Of a DNA stretch of 64,000 bases, positions 1 through 11,396 are shown one piece after another. The stretch lies in the NCBI RefSeq assembly GCF_009914755.1, contig NC_060946.1; one strand, written 5' to 3'. Source of the DNA: the human T2T-CHM13v2.0 reference genome, Homo sapiens. The translations under genes were made by a program, and so were the position numbers. The notes beneath the pieces were generated by a model, which worked only from the letters and a program-made list of their open reading frames with translations, was not told where the DNA came from and made no database searches. Position 1 is the stretch's first letter; each line of letters starts with the position of its first letter.

Positions 1-744
1 ATGCTGGATCTCACAGACAGGAGCGCACCACCGACCCAGAGACATCGTGGCCAGTTTTGAAATCTTCAGTCTCAGAGGACACTCATGGGCTCTGCGATGC
101 TGGGTGGGTCGTGTGCCCACCCTGAGCTCCTTCCTTTGCTCCTAAAGACGGGAGTGATGCTTCCTGCCTCCGCGTTACACAGGCATCGTGAGGCTGCACA
201 TGACAGCAGCTGCCCAGCTCCAGGTCAGTGGTGGCATGGAAGAGCTCCAGCTCCAAGCTGCACACACCCTACTTGAGACGCCGTTGTTCTGAGCCCACCG
301 TGCCAGGTGGAGTCCTTCCGTCCCCAACCCTTGCCCTGGGGCCCTCAGTGCTGGTGGCTCCATGAGGTACTTCTTTCTGTAGTGGGTGTGAGATTCATGA
401 GTGAGATGCCCCCAGCCCTGCTCCAGGGCAGCCTTGCCAGTTTCTGGAATGTTCTCCATTTCCAGTCTGCAGCTTCCTTCTGCCCAGGAGTGGCTTCCCT
501 GTCTGGCTGTCATTCAGCTCAATTCTGTACTTAACTTCAAAATGTGCATAAAATCCTAAAATGGGACATTTCTCAGTTGACGTCCTCCACCTCCAGCTCC
601 TCTCACATGGAAGCAGGTGGGGGCCTCACGGTGTTCTAGAGTTTGCAGGGGGCAGAGAGCAGCATCCTCACCGCAGATATCCTGTTACAGGACTATGGGA
701 TTAAGAGCTTGAAGTTTCATTTAAATCACAATGAAAACAACTAC

Positions 745-1041
745 GGCCTGGTGCGGTGGCTCATGCCTGTAATCCTAGCACTTTGGGAGGCAGAGGAAGG
801 CAGATCGTGAGGTCAAGAGATCGAGACCATCCTGGCCAACATGGTGAAACCCCATCTCTACTAAAAATACAAAACTCAGCTGTGCATGGTGACATGCACC
901 TGTAGTCCCAGCTACTCAGGAGGCTGAGGCAGGAGAACCACTTGAACCTGGGAGGCAGAGGTTGTAGTGAGCCAAGATTGGGCCACTGCACTCCAGCCCG
1001 GGCAATAGAGCGAGTCTCAAAAAAAAAAAAAAAAAAAAAAA
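745..1041 (+). mobile_element. Alu SINE (AluSc-like), full length
   Basis: Both arms, 'gtcaagagatcgagaccatcctggccaac' diagnostic, poly(A) tail, TSD aaaacaa(c/t)tac. Confidence 0.95.
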
Positions 1042-3349
1042 CAATTACAAGCCCCAATTCAGCGTGCTCCCAGGAGACTGTCTGACTTGGGGCTCTGGAG
1101 TTTCTGAGGCCCACAGGGTGAGCAGGGAACCCGGCCAATCTCTCCCTCCTGGGTCCCTCTCAGGCAGGCCATGGTGACCTGGCCCCAGGCAGACGCTGGC
1201 AGGTCAGAGGAGTGTGGGACCTGCAGACCTCAGGGGTTGCTGGACAGTCCTGAGATAGGCCTTGCTTTTGGCCAAGGCACCTGAAGAGTGAAAACACTCT
1301 GTGCATAGAGGAACAGGATGGGGAGAGCGTGGCAGGCCCTTCTCCAGTTCAGGGCCATCCCCTCCAGATCCAGAGCAAGCTCGGGAGGGGAGGAGTCGAT
1401 GTCCCAGGATTTGTGACTCGGACATCGGGGTTGGGGGATGTGGGTGATGTTCACCTGCCGTGGAAGAACCCGGAGGATTAGGGTGGCAGGCGGCAGGGCC
1501 CTGAGTCAGGCTTGAAGACTTCGGGTTTAGAGGCAGCGGGCAACTTGGATGGAAATGGTACAGACAGACGCTGGGGTGCCGAGATCAGCACCCCACTCGG
1601 CCCCCCACACCTCCATGACTAATCAAAAGGTTCACTTCTCCCAATCTTCCAGAAGAAGTCCCGGCCCCTGGGAGGCTCCTGGTATGGACCCAGCTATGGG
1701 ACTCACCTTCTGGCGGGCACAAGGGCTGTGTCCCAGCAGGCAGGACCCTAGTTCAACTCCTTCCTAGTCACAGGGGGCCTGGGGTGGCCAGATCAGGGTC
1801 TTCTCCTCCCCACGCCTGCCCTCCTCAGCAGCCCGCTGCCCCATGGCCTTTCCCTGCTCCTGAGTGGATGCCACGCCCTCTCCTAGGTGGTTCTACCTGG
1901 ACAGTGACTTCTAACGTCAGATATTGCGAAGGCCGCCTGCAGGGAGGATGGAGCCAACAGTCCTGGCGGTCTGTCCGCCCAGCTCCCTCGAAGGCCTCCT
2001 CCTGGCTTCCTGGGTGAGGCTTGCTGGGGAGCAACAGTGACATAGAGGCCACTCTTTGGGGACTGCTGCTTGGGGGCCTGGCTCCTGGGTACGGGTGGGA
2101 GGCAGTGACCTCACAGAGAGGATGCTTTCTTGCGGGATCCTGGGAGAGTCTCACTGTGGGCACAGGGCCACTGTCATCGCTCGGTCTGCAGCTCAGACAC
2201 CTTTAGGGGTAGCCCTTGTCTCCAGGCTAAAATGCCACCTCCGTGTGTGACATTCCTGCCTGTCCTTCCTGGATTTTAGTCTATGCAAATTCTGTCCCCT
2301 CCCCTCGGCTGCCCCACATAAGTGTGACCTTCACACGCATCCCCACGGGCCAGCATGGAGCCCCCTCAGGCCGCCAGCCTTCCTGGGCTAAGGGTCTCTG
2401 CACTCTGGGGGGCTCCGTCCCAGTCCTCACACAGGGCCAGGCTCAGGCTCGGACCCATCTCCTCCTTGAAGCCTTCCTGAAGCTGCAGCCAGGCCCGGCG
2501 TGTGCAGGCTGAGTGGCAAAGGCCAGACCTTTGATGTACGGGGTGTCCCATCAAGGTTGCCACGTCACAAACAAGGGAACTGAGACCCGTGGAGTTTCCT
2601 GATGGCCTGAATTCCAGCCCTCCCCTGCAGTCCTGCCTGCCTCACAGGCCTGCTGGCCATGGTACCCCTGCTGGACAGTAACCAGGCGGAGGTGCCTGCT
2701 GCCGGCGAGGCCCCAGGGTTGGAGAGCTTTGTCTGGCAGGCTCCGGGACCAGGGCACAGACCCCATCGATATGGTCCGGAGTCTCTCTGATTTCCCCGCC
2801 CGCCCAGGGCCTCTCTCCTATGGCTCCCACTATCAGGGAGGCCAAGGGGACGCGTTTCCTGTGCTCTCCTGCCAGACAGAGAATTGCCTGGATTACGAAT
2901 ATCAGTTCGGGGGTGACAGGTGACAGACGTCACCAACCTTCAGCTCCAGACTGAAATAACATGGTATTGACCTTGCTCAGAAAGGCTACCAAAATAGAAT
3001 GTTCAATACTCTCTATTTTAACTGACAGTTAAAAATTCAATACACCTTCCTCCTGCCAGACACCTGTATGCAATCAAGCTAAATAAATGTCCTCGGTTCT
3101 TGCAAGAGGCGTAGCTGTTTGTGTATAAAGCTATCGGCCCTGGCTGGAAGGGACTGATTTTCCACAGTCTAGAGAATGGCCCTTTTGAAAAGTAAACAAT
3201 GCCTCCACAATCCCAGGCTATTTTGACAAAAGCAAGAAGCGAAGCAGAAGTGGGAGATAAAGGCACGCTCCGTCTCTCCTCGGACCCAACACGGACTCCA
3301 CAGACATTGTTCCGTCACGGAAATCAATACCAAAAAATAAAGGTCAGAT

Positions 3350-3351
<2 letters not shown>

Positions 3352-3397
<46 letters not shown>
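3352..3397. repeat. (TG)n microsatellite, ~23 units
   Basis: Read directly. Confidence 0.97.
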
Positions 3398-3400
<3 letters not shown>

Positions 3401-3634
3401 AGCTATAGACACAGAACGTGAGTATCCAGAGGAGATCAGCTGTGGGAGGTACAACCGTTATACCAAGAAAAGACCCAAAGAAAACTGGAATAGTATAAAA
3501 AATAAATATGTAACAGGAAAATAAGAAATAATATTAAAGACAAGAAATAAAAAGTATCAACACGACAAAAACTTGAGTCATCACAAAAGAAATGATGCAA
3601 AAAAAGGTTTGCAAGACTGGAGCAAGGAAGGATG

Positions 3635-3983
3635 GGGTGGGAGAGAGGATGCTGGGAGTGGGAGGGGCCAGAGGGTGGGAGAGAGGATGCTGGGAGTGAG
3701 GATGCTGGGAGTGGGAGGGGCCAGAGGGTGGGAGAGAGGATGCTGGGAGTGGGAGGGGCCAGAGGGTGGGAGAGAGGATGCTGGGAGTGAGGATGCTGGG
3801 AGTGGGAGGGGCCAGAGGGTGGGAGAGAGGATGCTGGGAGTGGGAGGGGCCAGAGGGTGGGAGAGAGGATGCTGGGAGTGAGGATGCTGGGAGTGGGAGG
3901 GGTCAGAGGGTGGGAGAGAGGATGCTGGGAGTGGGAGGGGCCAGAGGGTGGGAGAGAGGATGCTGGGAGTGGGAGGGGCCAGG
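3635..3983. repeat. G-rich minisatellite, 8 units of 38 or 53 bp
   Basis: Unit gggtgggagagaggatgctgggagtgggaggggccaga; long unit carries an extra gaggatgctgggagt. Confidence 0.95.
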
Positions 3984-4787
3984 GGGTGGGAAGGGGCGGG
4001 GAGAGGGAGAAGAGGGGTTCTGGGTGGGAAGGATTGGGGAGCGGGAGGAGGGGAATCCTGCAGCGGGAGAGGCCGCAGCTGTGCGCAAGGTGAGCACTTC
4101 CCAGGCAGCTCTCTGAAGGCCAAAGGGCAAGCCCCGAAGTACCCTGGATGTCTCCGGAATGGCCAGGAGAGCCCAGAGCCAACACGTGTGGTGTGACAGG
4201 ACCTCCTCCAACCACAATCACATCTGAACTTTCCTCTATCAGGAGTGAAGAAGGCAAACACTTTGCAGAGACTCCTGGCCCCAGGTCTCCTCCCGCCTCC
4301 ACTTCCAGCTGCAGGGAAGCTGCCAGGATGCTGGTAGTTCTCTGAGACTCATTCAGGAAGAATCTGTTCTCTGGGCTTCTCGAAGTGAACCGGCCACCTC
4401 TGAGCCACCCAAGGGTGGGTCAGAGCTCAGCAGGCCCAGGAGCTGAGGACGCCGCTAATGCCTCGGGTCCTCGCCTGCCGCCAGGCAGCTCCCAAATGCT
4501 GACCCTGAAGGCCGCTGTCCCGTTTCCTCTGTCTTTCTACAGGAAAACGGGGGTGGACATGAAATGTTAGGGCCGGTGGGCACTGGCCTTTCAGCATCTC
4601 CCAAAGATGAGAAGGGCCCTCTGTCTCTGCCCCACCAGGCCCCACAGTGATGAGGCTGATTATGACCGCTTCTGTGACATGTAAGGCACCAAAATTAGCA
4701 TGTGAGGTCGGACACGAGAGAAAGCAAGGGCACTGGACTGTCTGGAGGATGTTTTAGGGTGTTTTCTTATAATGTACCGGAGTTGCT

Positions 4788-5105
4788 TTTTTTTTTCTTA
4801 TTTAATTTCCCTTTCTTTCTTCTTTTTATTTTTTATTATTATACTTTAAGTTCTGAGGTACACGTGCAGAACGTGCAGGTTTGTTACATAGGTATACATG
4901 TGCCACGTTGGTTTGCTGCACCCATCAACCCGTCATTTACATTAGATATTTGTCCTAATGCTCTCCCCCAGCCCCCCGCCTCCGGACAGGCCCCGGTGTG
5001 TGACGTTCCGCTCCCTGTGTCCATGTGTTCTCATTGCTCCACTCCCACTTAGGAGTGAGACCATGCCGTTTGGTTTTCTCTCCTTGCGTCACTTTGCGGA
5101 GAATC
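4788..5105 (-). mobile_element. L1PA 3' end fragment (L1PA7/8-like)
   Basis: T-rich tail then 'attatactttaagttctg...cagaacgtgcaggtttgttacataggtatacatgtgcc', reverse complement of the L1PA 3' UTR. Confidence 0.9.
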
Positions 5106-5234
5106 TTTATTTGGGAATTGCATTTCTTTAATCTGATCATGTTTTGCTTTACGTGTGTGTCACTGCAATTTCTCCACATGTTGCTCTTGCTTTCCCTGGA
5201 CACTGGCTGGAAGGCGGAGCCGGAGGGACTGGCT

Positions 5235-5400
5235 AGAGCCCTGGTTTTAGTTCTGGCCCCGCACCTGAGCCACTCGATGACTTTGGAAAAGTGACTCAGC
5301 GCTCGCCTCTCAGGTTTCTGACTGAAAAATAAAATGGGCCGTTGCTGGACTCACAGGCGATCGGCAGGATGAAAACGCGCCGTGATCGCCGCATGGTGGC
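5235..5400 (+). mobile_element. MIR fragment
   Basis: 'tgactttggaaaagtgactcagc...ctcaggtttctga...aaaatggg' resembles the MIR core. Confidence 0.55.
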
Positions 5401-8139
5401 TGCGATGTTAACAAGAATTTGACACCTGGTGAGGATGTGGAGGACCCCAAACCTGAGACTGTTTGGAAGGAGATGAGAGAGCTGAGGTGTGTGGTCCCAC
5501 CCCTGAGCCCTGCAGCCACCTGGACTCCTCAGCCCAGCGCCATGTCGCAGAGGCCCCTCTGTAGTCACCAGGCCAGCAGTGGAGGTGTCACCTGCACGCT
5601 TTGCCCCTGGGGGAGCTCAGCCTCACTCTGTGATCTCGCTGATCCAGCCAGCAGACCTGGGGCTTTGATTGGAGGCCCCTGTGGAATTTAAGACCTATTC
5701 ATCCCACCTACAGAGGTGCTGGTTGCTCTCTGTATTTCTCTACTGATGGTGGCCATGGGGGCTCCCCGCTGCTCTCCAGACCCTGGTCCCATTTGGGACT
5801 CTCCATTGTCCCTCCCACGGGTCTCCACTTTCTCACACCCAGCTCCTCCTCCTCTCCTGCTTCCTTTATCATCTTCACTTGCGGTCCTGGCATCCTCAGG
5901 ATACCAACCCTCAGCTCTACAGACCAGACAAAAGGGCAGTTGTGGCCTAGGAGAGCTTCTTAATCTGAATTCCATAAAGATTCATTTTTATTCAGTGGTG
6001 CATGTGCACACACACACACACGCACACACACAATGAATCTTTGAAAAGTCTCCAGGCTAGAAGATAGCTGCTCTTGGTGTGTTGAGGGCAAGAGCTGTAC
6101 AGGGCGGTACAAGGTTTCTCTCCCAAACCCACCATTGTCACAGCCACTCCAGTGCAAAACCATGTAGACTATTCCGGCAGGCACTGCATTCCAGGAGCCA
6201 GTCTTCCCCTTAGTGAGAGGCCGAAGTCCATAGCTGGAAGCAACCTCTGCTCCTGGTGCTGGCACAGTTAGAGTGGCGTGGGCCACATTTGCTTTGGGGA
6301 GGGAAACAGCTTCTGGAGCCTGCGTCTCTGGTACCCAGGTGACAGCAGACCCGGCCATGTCGCTGCAGCCAGGCCATGCTTGGCAGCTTTAGGGAAGCAA
6401 ATTAGCAGAAGACTGCAGGGTCCAGGGACTTAGCAAGCTGCCTCCAGGGCAGAGGAATCAAAAGACAGATTTGTTTGTTTATTTATTACTTTTCTGGCCC
6501 TGGCTTCAATTCCCATACACAGAACTTGGCTGTGGGATTCTTTACAAAATCATTCTATTCTTGGATTTTAAGCCATTATTGAAATTCTATTGTAATTTTT
6601 TTCATCTGTTTATCATTGACTCATCAATCTGTTCAACAGGAATCCTGGCCAAGTGCTGGTCACGGTGAGGGACTTGGAGTTTAAAGTCACCCGGTGCAGA
6701 GGGAGAGAGAGACAGTGTGCTGGGAGTGGGTACAGAGCCAGCATCCCCAGCGCCACCGGAAAGCCTCACACACGCCTTGGCAGGTGGAGACAGCGGAGCC
6801 CTGGGCAGTGGAATATTCTACAGAGGCACGGGGAGCTGAAGGGGAGCTGTGGACCCAGGAGAGCTGGGGAGCAAGGCCCAGGGAAAGACAGTAGAGATAG
6901 ACCAGCAAGTTGGAGGAAGTACTTTTTATACATTCATTCATTTGTTCACACGTTCATTCATTTCTCCACTTATTCACAAATATTCTTTGGGAAACAACTG
7001 AGAGCCATGTGACCTTCCAAGCTCAGGGACAGACCAAATGCCTGCCTGAGTGGCTCCTGTTCTGGTAGTGGACTGAGGTATTGAACAAATGGAGCCAATA
7101 AACGCAAGTCGGGGTGACCGATGGTCATTAAAAAAATAGAGCCAAGTCCAGAAAGAGGATGCATGAGGTGCTGTGGGAGAAAGGGTCCTGGGGGAGTTCC
7201 TTTGAGTGGGGCATTGGATTGAGGTCCAATCAACAGTGAAAGTTGTGGGTGTCAGGGGAGGGCTGGGGGCAGATGGAGAAGCCCTCGCAGGTGCTCTGCT
7301 GCCTAAGGCTGCTCACTGGGCACCTGAAGGAGCGGAGGCTGAAGGCCGGTGGAAGTCGTCCTGCCCTCTGTGCTCCTAGGTCCCTTCCCCAGGGTGCTCC
7401 CTGGATCAAGTCCGACTAGGAGATCCTCCACCATTCCTATGCCATGGCAGACGTGAAACACGGTCATGCTTGTGTTGCATGCTGGGAGGAATGGTGGACA
7501 GGTGGAAACTTCCAGTACCCAGAGCCGAGCCCTGGCCCAGTTCTGCTGCCCAGAGGGCTGCAAGGAGGCACTTGGTGTCCTGAGCAGGACTCTGAGAGAC
7601 AACATGACACTGGAGGAACACTCAGGGGAGGACACACGCAGAAGACAGAAAGAGCCGCCATCTGAGCACTGCCCCCGACTCCAGGCAGATCAGCCCTGGC
7701 GAGGATGGGCGGGAGGAGCGGCCAGCCCACCTGTGCAGGGAAACACGCAGGCAAGGCGTGGAAAGGAGCTGATGCTCAGCGTCTTCAAAACCAGACGCAA
7801 ATCTCACCCCAGAGCCAGTGGGCTCCTCGGAAGTTTTGGTCAGGGAGAAGGAATACGCTCTGAGCTAGGAATCAGGAGACATCTCTGGAGCCAGCAGTGG
7901 GGTTTCTGTCCACAGTCAGTGGAAGCAGGGCGACTCCCTAGGGCTTTTCAGCAGAGAGAAGCCCAGAACGCCCAGCCTGACTTGATTTTCTCCCCATGCC
8001 TAGGTCACAGGCTTAGGATGTTAAAGACTCAAGATGACATTATTCCTACCTCAAAATAACAACAGCTTCTACCTTGCACACCCACTGGCTACCAACCTTC
8101 CATTAACATGCAAGTAAGAGCAATTCCCGAGAGAGAAGC

Positions 8140-8480
8140 ACAGCGTCAGGTTGTTTTTCTCACCTACTAAGATGGTCAAGGGGGAAGCAGTCCAGGGTGG
8201 CCCATTGGCTCTAGGGTGCCATCAGGGACATGGCCTCCTCAAATCTTTCTGCTCAGTCATTCCTAGGCTGCCTCAAAGACACAAGACAACAGCTGCACCT
8301 CCAGCATTGCATCTGCATTCTCCACAGAGGACAGAAAAGGGCAAAGGTAAGGGCTGGCCAAACGTGTTCCCACGAAAGGGCCTTTCTCAGGGTTCACAGA
8401 GGCACTTTCATTGGCACCCCCTGGCAAGGACTGGGTCATGTGACCACGCAGCGATAAGAGAACTGGGACGAGGCACCGTT
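8140..8480 (-). mobile_element. Old MaLR LTR (MLT1J/K-like)
   Basis: 'gcagtccaggg...gccatcaggga...gctgcacctccagcattgcatctgcattc...actgggtcatgtgaccac'. Confidence 0.65.
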
Positions 8481-8529
8481 TTTCACCCCATTTCTTTTAT
8501 TTTGCTTGTTTTTGTGGTGAAATCTGGGC

Positions 8530-8670
8530 ATATAGTTTCCACAGCAACCTCTATGAAGTAAATACTGTATCTTCCCTGTGAAGACACTGAGGCTCAGGGA
8601 GGCTACAGACCTTCCCCAAATTACCTGACACTCTGGCAGCTTCGAATCCAAGCAGGTGATTCCTCAGGTG
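8530..8670 (-). mobile_element. MIR fragment
   Basis: 'actgaggctcagggaggctacagaccttccccaaattac...ttcgaatccaagcag'. Confidence 0.65.
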
Positions 8671-9242
8671 TCCTCCTGAGTCCTTTGCCATTCAGCCTTT
8701 CCGAGGTGCTTCCAGCTCCCCAGCCATCCCGGCAGGGCCACAGATCCCATGTGGTTGTGGTTAGGACTGATGGTGTCTGAATTAGAACTTATCTATGTGC
8801 TCAAAGCAAACGCGTAATTTTGCATTAACCTGACACGTGGTGCTTGATTATGTTAGTGTTTGTGGTAATTGTTTTTGAATTTTTTTTAAGATAAAGGGGG
8901 CAGAGAGTGCATGGCAGCAGAACGCCATTGACAGGAAGTGCTTATTATGTAATTATGGACTTTTTAATATGCATATTTTTCTCTGTGGTTGGTAGCAACT
9001 AGATACATAATTACTGAATTTTAAAGAAGAATATTAACTACAAAGCCTTCTGGCTGCTGAAAAGTAGGAAAGATTCTTGCCTGGTTTGTGGCTAAATTCT
9101 CTTAACGATTCAAGGCCTGCAGAGGTGAGGGTGGCCTCTGAGAGAGTGATGAGAACCGGTGCCATGGGTGTGAAGTTGGTGCCACTGAGGGTGCTTTTAA
9201 GGAGCAAACGCACCTTCTGATTCTCCAGCTAGCATGGGAATG

Positions 9243-9591
9243 GTTTCAGTCTGCCTGGGCTGCTGTAACAAAATACCATGGAAATTCATATCACATAAAC
9301 CATGGAAATTCATTTCTCACGGTCCTGGAGGCCAGGAAGTCAAGGTGCCAGCAAAGTCAGCGTTGGCTGAGGCCAGTGCCCCATAGAAGCGGGTGCTGTG
9401 CGTGTCCTCCTGCAGAGAAAGGGGCAAGGGAGCTCTCTGGGCCTCTTCCTTAAGGGCACTAATCCTTTTCATGAGGGCTCTGTCCCCTGGCCTCATCACC
9501 CCCCAGAGGCCCCACCTCCTAATACCATCACCTTGGGGGCGAGGATTCGACAGACACGTTTTGAGGGGACAGAAACCTTCAGACCACAGCA
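9243..9591 (-). mobile_element. MLT1A-type solo LTR
   Basis: 'gggctgctgtaacaaaatacc...aagggcactaatcc...ggccccacctcctaataccatcaccttggg...ttcagaccacagca'; internal 15-bp duplication accatggaaattcat at 9275 and 9299. Confidence 0.85.
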
Positions 9592-10269
9592 GGAATGATG
9601 GAAAGCGGAATGATGTCCAGAGAGGGGCTGGGCTTGGAGGTGTCCTGGTGGTAACTTCCAGGAGGGAAAGAACAGTCATTGGGTGGAGATAAAAGCTAGG
9701 GTAAGAAAGATGTCAGGCGGAAGGGCGGCTGCCGGAGGGCTGGATTCCAGAGGCCAGCGTGGCTGAGGCAACAGGGAGACCAAAGCAGAGCAAGGCGGAA
9801 TCTGGCAGAATCACACAGACTCACACAAGAGCACAGGGCCCAGAAGCAAAGCTAGTGGCATCCCAGAAGAGGCTCCCTCTGCTCCCCTCTGTGGGAGATG
9901 CCAGGGGCCTCACGCCAGGCCTGGGAGCTGCTTCCCACTCCAGGTCCCCGCACACGTGGCTTCCACACTCAAAGCCTGACGTCCGTTCCTGTGCTTTCAG
10001 GTGAGCAGGGGCCTGACCAGGCAGTGGGGTGAGGGGCCCAAACCCAAGCATCTGCCGGCGGCCACCAGATCTGCCCGGCCACCTCTCAGGAGCCCTCCCC
10101 CAGGTTCCTGTGGGCACCCAGGCGCTGGGGCTTGCCCTGCCCCTCCGTGTGAACAAGGGTTCCAGGATGCAGAGGAGCTGGGGCTGGGCAATCTGAAGGG
10201 TCGGCTGGGCGGCTGCCCCCTCCCCTTCCTGTCTTCCTTTAGGAGTGGTGGGGCAACCCTGGGCAGGTC

Positions 10270-10717
10270 TGATGTGGGGCAGGCAGACCCGAAAACGGGG
10301 GCTTAGCCCAGGTCTGTTACTGGTTTTGCCCAGGAAAGAATTCAAAGGTGAGCAGGTGCTGTTAGCAGCTTTTATTGCAGCGGCAGCAGAGGGGCTGCCC
10401 CAGGAGAGCAGAGTGCACAGAAGAGCAGCTCAGAGGCAGCTCCGCATCATAATTACACCCACTTTTAACTACATGCTAATTAGGGGTTGGTTTATGCAGA
10501 AATTTCTAGAAAAGGAGCAGAAACCTCAGGGTCATTGGGATTTTACCGTGGGAAGTGGCAGTAACTTCTGGGTCTTGCCGTGGCAATGGTAAACTAACAA
10601 GGCTCACCGGCTGGCACGTCTCACAGGCGGCTGCTGCCACCGGCCCTGTTTCAGCTGCTCCTCCACGTGGTCTGGTGTCTGTGCCCTGCCTCGAAGTCAA
10701 GCCCACCTCCTCCCTCA
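10270..10717 (-). mobile_element. ERV1 solo LTR (LTR15/MER41-related)
   Basis: TG...CA termini, 4-bp TSD ggtc on both sides, 'ggggcttagcccagg...cccaggaaagaattcaa', 'gccgtggcaatggtaaact'; subfamily name uncertain. Confidence 0.85.
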
Positions 10718-11328
10718 GGTCCTTGGCACTGCCTGTTGGCTTTGCCCTGGCAGGTGCACTGGGGGACGCAGGGGCAGCAAGGCTGCTGCTGGCGCAGGCA
10801 TCCCCGTCCCTAAGATGCATATGGAAGGCGAGTGGGCCTGGGTCTGACCTTTCTCACGTGGTTGCCCCGTGTCTGCAGCCAGCGTGTGCTCCTCAGGCAG
10901 AGCAAACCCTGTGTATCTCGAGTGGTGACCAGGCGGTGCAGCTTCACACTGCTACTCTCCGCATTCCATCTGTTCTCCTCCCCCATTCGTCACCACCCAG
11001 GTGACACTTGCTGAGGAAATGTCCAATGTGACCTGAGGCCCATGTGGGGGCTCCACCCACCTTCCACCTTTGTCCTGCTCCTGGTCACTACCCTCCATGG
11101 GATGCCCGCCATGGCTGTGTTTCTTTCTGGACCCACAGGGATCCTGCAGCTTTAAAAGGAAATCCCTCCCCTCTCAAACCTCTGAGCCCTCTGACCAGGC
11201 AGGGGAACTTGATTACAGCAGAACCTTCTCTGTACCCTCAGGTCACCCTGCTCCTCTCCTGTCCATGGTGCTAGAGTCACTGGAGACCTGGCGGCTCTTC
11301 AGGTGGCAAATTAGGCCAAGCGGCCACT

Positions 11329-11396
11329 GCGGTGCTGAGCGGTCCATCCTCCGGGCGGTGCTGACCAGTTCATCCTCTGGGCGGTGCCCGTCCATC
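11329..11396. repeat. 26-bp tandem repeat, ~2.5 copies
   Basis: gcggtgctgagcggtccatcctccgg / gcggtgctgaccagttcatcctctgg / gcggtgc. Confidence 0.75.

Noticed and set aside
761-1138. Alu-derived ORFs (also near 17.6, 23.8, 25.6, 27.0, 36.0 and 49.2 kb)
   Set aside because: Standard Alu translation artefacts.
2729-2923. 64-aa ORF with protein-like composition
   Set aside because: TTG start, no recognised family, no convincing splice sites.
3436-4302. 288-aa and 226-aa Pro/Ser/Leu-rich ORFs
   Set aside because: Read-through of the 38/53-bp VNTR; no recognisable domain.
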